DNA of 64,000 nucleotides from contig OZ024740.1 of the NCBI GenBank assembly GCA_964016885.1, positions 442,432,001 through 442,496,000 on the forward strand, written 5' to 3'. Positions 58,965 through 64,000 of this stretch are shown here, piece after piece. A program made the translations under genes and the position numbers. This stretch comes from Eledone cirrhosa (taxonomy: Eukaryota). The notes beneath the pieces were generated by a model, which made no database searches, was not told the origin of the DNA, and saw only the letters and a list, made by a program, of their open reading frames with translations. Within the stretch, counting starts at the first letter, position 1; every line of letters begins with the position of its first letter.

Positions 58965-59372
58965 CATTCCACACCACCTCACCCCATACCACTCCACACC
59001 ACTCCACCTCACACCCCACCATACCATATAGCACTCCACCTCATCCCACCCCCACACCACTCCAAACCACTCCACACCACCCACACCACTCCACCCCATA
59101 CGACCTCACACCACACAACTCCGCACCGCTCTACACCACCCACACTACTCCACCCCACACCACTCCACCTCATACAACTCGACCTCACCCCACATCACAC
59201 CATCCCATACCACTCCACCACATACCACTCCACCTAACACCACACCGCTCTACACTACTCCATCTCAACTATCCCATCATCACCCCACACGATATACTCC
59301 ACCTCACACCAGCCCCATACCACTCCATCACATACCACCCCGCATCACACTACACCACCACACCTCATCACA
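58965..59372. repeat. Degenerate C/A-rich pentanucleotide repeat (CACCA/CTCCA)
   Basis: Seen directly. Confidence 0.85.
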
Positions 59373-59474
59373 GTCATAATTATGTGGAAATAGGGGAGGA
59401 ATTTCACGAATTTGGCCCAACAACAAAACTAAGAACACCATTTAGGAGTTCACTGTTTAGAGTAAGAATAGCAT

Positions 59475-62400
59475 TTGCTACATCAATGTAATGAACAAGT
59501 CATCATGTTGCTACATCAATGTAATGAACAAGTCATCATGTTGCTACATCAATGTAATGGACAAGTCATCATGTTGCTACATCAATGTAATGAACAAGTC
59601 ATCATGTTGCTACATCAATGTAATGGACAAGTCATCATGTTGCTACATCAATGTAATGGACAAGTCATCATGTTGCTACATCAATGTAATGAACAAGTCA
59701 TCATGTTGCTAGATCAATGTAATGGACAAGTCATCATGTTGCTACATCAATGTAATGGACAAGTCATCATGTTGCTACATCAATGTAATGAAAAAGTCAT
59801 CATGTTGCTACATCAATGTAATGGACAAGTCATCATGTTGCTACATCAATGTAATGAACAGGTCATCATGCTGCTACATCAATGTAATGAACAATTCATC
59901 ATGTTGCTACATAAATGTAATGGACAAGTCATCATGTTGCTACATCAATGTAATGGACAAGTCATCATGTTGCTACATCAATGTAATGGACAAGTCATCA
60001 TGTTGCTACATCAATGTAATGGACAAGTCATCATGTTGCTACATAAATGTAATGAACAGGACATCATGTTGCTACATAAATGTAATGAACAAGTCATCAT
60101 GTTGTTACATAAATGAAATGAACAAGTCATCATGTTGCTACATAAATGTAATGAACAAGTCATCATGTTGCTACATAAATGTAATGAACTAGTCATCATG
60201 TTGCTACATCAATGTAATGAACAAGTCATCATGTTGCTACATAAATGTAATGGACAAGTCATCATGTTGCTACATCAATGTAATGAACAAGTCATCATGT
60301 TGCTACATCAATCTAATGAACAAGTCATCATGTTGCTACATAAATGTAATGAACAAGTCATCATGTTGCTACATCAATGTAATGAACAAGTCATCATGTT
60401 GCTACATCAATATAATGAACAAGTCATCATGTTGCTACATAAATGTAATGAACAAGTCATCATGTTGCTACATAAATGTAAAGAACAGGTCATCATGTTG
60501 CTACATAAATATAATGAACAAGTCATCATGTTGCTACATCAATGTAATGAACAAGTCATCATGATGCTACATCAATGTAATGAACAAGTCATCATGTTGC
60601 TACATCAATGTAATGAACAAGTCATCATGTTGCTACATCAATGTAATGAACAAGTCATCATGTTGCTACATCAATGTAATGAACAAGTCATCATGTTGTT
60701 ACATCAATGTAATGAACAAGTCATCATGTTGCTACATCAATGTAATGAACAAGTTATCATGTTGCTACATAAATGTAATGAACAAGTCACCATGTTGCTA
60801 CATCAATGTAATGAACAAGTCATCATGTTGCTGCATAAATGTAATGAACAAGTAATCAGGTTGCTACATCAATGTAATGAACAAGTCACCATGTTGCTAC
60901 ATAAATGTAATAAACAAGTCATCATGTTGCTACATCAATGTAATGAACAAGTCATCATGTTGCTACATCAATGTAATGAACAAGTCATCATGTTGCTACA
61001 TCAATGTAATGAACAAGTCATCATGTTGCTACATCAATGTAATGAACAAGTCACCATGTTGCTACATAAATGTAATGAACAAGTCATCATGTTGCTACAT
61101 CAATGTAATGAACAAGACATCATGTTGCTACATCAATGTAATGAAAAAGTCATCATGTTGCTACATCAATGTAATGAACAAGTCCTCATGTTGCTACATA
61201 AATGTAATGAACAAGTCATCATGTTGCTACATAAATGTAATGAACAAGTCATCATGTTGCTACATCAATCTAATGAACAAGTCATCATGTTGCTACATCA
61301 ATCTAATGAACAAGTCATCATGTTGCTACATCAATGTAATGAACAAGTCATCATGTTGCTACATAAATGTAATGAACAAGTCATCAAGTTGCTACATAAA
61401 TGTAATGAAAAAGTCATCATGTTGCTACATAAATTTAAAGAACAGGTCATCATGTTGCTACATCAATGTAATGAACAAGTCATCATGTTGCTACATAAAT
61501 GTAATGAACAAGTCATCATGTTGCTACATCAATGTAATGAACAAATCATCATGTTGCTATATAAATGTAACGAACAAGTCATCATGTTGCTACATCAATG
61601 TAATGAACAAGTCATCATGTTGCTACATGAATGTAATGAACAAGTCATGATGTTGCTACGTCAATGTAATGAACAAATCATCATGTTGCTACATAAATGT
61701 AATGAACAAGTCATCATGTTGCTACATAAATGTAATGAACAAGTCATCATGTTGCTACGTAAATGTAATGAACAAGTCATCATGTTGCTACATCAATGTA
61801 ATGAACAAGTCATCATGTTGCTACATCAATGTAATGAACAAGTCATCATGTTGCTACATAAATGTAATGAACAAATCATCAGGTTGCTACATCAATGTAA
61901 TGAAAAAGTCACCATGTTGCTACATAAATGTAATGAACAAGTCATCATGTTGCTACATCAATGTAATGAACAAGTCATCATGTTGCTACATCAATGTAAT
62001 GAACAAGTCATCATGTTGCTACATCAATGTAATGAACAAGTCATCATGTTGCTACATAAATGTAATGAACAAGTTATCATGTTGCTACATCAATGTAATG
62101 AACAAGTCACCATGTTGCTACATAAATGTAATGAACAAGTCATCATGTTGCTACATAAATGTAATGAACAAGTCATCAGGTTGCTACATCAATGTAATGA
62201 ACAAGTCACCATGTTGCTACATAAATGTAATGAACAAGTCATCATGTTGCTACATCAATGTAATGAACAAGTCATCATGTTGCTACATTAATGAACAAGT
62301 CACCATGTTGCTACATTAATGAACAAGTCACCATGTTGCTACATAAATGTAATGAACAAGTCACCATGTTGCTACATAAATGTAATTAACAAGTCACCAT

Positions 62401-64000
62401 GTTGCTACATAAATGTAATGAACAAGTCACCATGTTGCTACATAAATGTAATGAACAAGTCATCATGTTGCTACATCAATGTAATGAACAAGTCATCATG
62501 TTGCTACATAAATGTAATGAACAGGTCATCATGTTGCTACATAAATGTAATGAACAGGTCATGTTGCTACATCAATGTAATGAACAAGTCATCATGTTGC
62601 TACATCAATGTAATGAACAAGTCATCATGTTGCTACATAAATGTAATGAACAGGTCATCACGTTGCTACATAAATGTAATGAACAAGTCACCATGTTGCT
62701 ACATAAATGTAGTGAACAAGTCATCATGTTGCATACATAAATGTAAAGAACAGGTCATCATGTTGCTACATCAATGTAATGAACAAGTCATCATGTTGCT
62801 ACATAAATATAATGAACAAGTCATCATGTTGCTACATACATGTAATGAACAAGTCATCATGTTGCTACATAAATGTAATGAACAAGTCATCATGTTGCTA
62901 CATCAATGTAATGAACAAGTCATCATGTTACTACATAAATGTAATTAACAAGTCACCATGTTGCTACATAAATCTAATGAACATGTCATCATGTTGCTAC
63001 ATAAATGTAATGAACAAGTCATCATGTTGCTACATAAATGTAATGAACAAGTCATCATGTTGCTACATCAATGTAATGAACAAGTCATCATGTTGCTACA
63101 TAAATGTAATGGACAAGTCATCATGTTGCTACATCAATCTAATGAACAAGTCATCATGTTGCTACATCAATGTAATGAACAAGTCATCATGTTGCTACAT
63201 AAATGTAATGAACAAGTCATCATGTTGCTACATAAATGTAATGAACAAGTCATCAGGTTACTACATAAATGTAATGAACAAGTCATCATGTTGCTACATA
63301 AATGTAATGAACAAGTCATCATGTTGCTACATAAATGTAATGAACAACTCATCATGTTGCTACATCAATGTAATGAACAAGTCATCATGTTGCTACATAA
63401 ATGTAATGAACAAGTCATCATGTTGCTACATAAAAGTATTGAACAAGTCATCATGTTGCTACATAAATGTAATGAACAAGTCATCATGTTGCTACATAAA
63501 TGAAATGAACAAGTCATCATGTTGCTACATCAATGTAATGAACAAGTCATCATGTTGCTACATAAATGTAATGAACAAATCATCAGGTTGCTACATCAAT
63601 GTAATGAACAAGTCACCATGTTGCTACATAAATGTAATGAACAAGTCATCATGTTGCTACATAAATGTAATGAACAAGTCATCAGGTTGCTACATCAATT
63701 AAATGAACAAGTCACCATGTTGCTACATAAATGTAATGAACAAGTCATCATGTTGCTACATCAATGTAATGAACAAGTCATGTTGCTACATTAATGAACA
63801 AGTCACCATGTTGCTACATAAATGTAATGAACAAGTCACCATGTTGCTACATAAATGTAATGAACAAGTCATCATGTTGCTACATCAATGTAATGAACAA
63901 GTCATCATGTTGCTACATAAATGTAATGAACAGGTCAGCATGTTGCTACATAAATGTAATGAACAGGTCATGTTGCTACATCAATGTAATGAACAAGTCA
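59475..64000. repeat. 33-bp minisatellite (ATCATGTTGCTACATCAATGTAATGAACAAGTC), >130 copies, running off the window
   Basis: Seen directly; source of the MLLHQCNEQVI repeat ORFs. Confidence 0.97.

Noticed and set aside
59475-64000. 719-aa Cys/His repeat protein, or a CRISPR-like array
   Set aside because: Head-to-tail 33-bp minisatellite without unique spacers; stops and frameshifts are scattered; no cas genes

Overview
Gene-free, AT-rich animal repeat DNA; the SINE, LINE and Penelope content suggests an octopus-like cephalopod (inference). Long (TA)n tracts act as landing pads for retroelements. (1) One apparently complete Naiad-type Penelope-like element (PLE) has an intact 737-aa RT + GIY-YIG ORF between ~755-bp pseudo-LTRs; several truncated or inverted PLE copies and pLTR-only hairpin insertions also occur, nearly all with a type I hammerhead ribozyme (HHR) whose stem III is palindromic. 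(2) A ~430-bp tandem 'satellite' carries a minimal HHR on the minus strand in each full unit and always abuts (TA)n at the same point. I read it as a retrozyme-like, non-autonomous element probably mobilised by the Naiads; this is the most interesting feature of the window. (3) A Gypsy LTR element (537-bp LTRs, TATG TSD, tRNA-Trp-like PBS) is inserted in that array, carries SINE/Helitron cargo and has no visible PPT. (4) A near full-length Tx1/L1-type LINE is nested in the (ATAG)n tail of a 5'-inverted RTE LINE. CR1-like LINE fragments, SINEs, Helitrons, microsatellites and a 33-bp minisatellite fill the rest. No host gene was recognised. All RNA structures were derived by eye and element boundaries are approximate.
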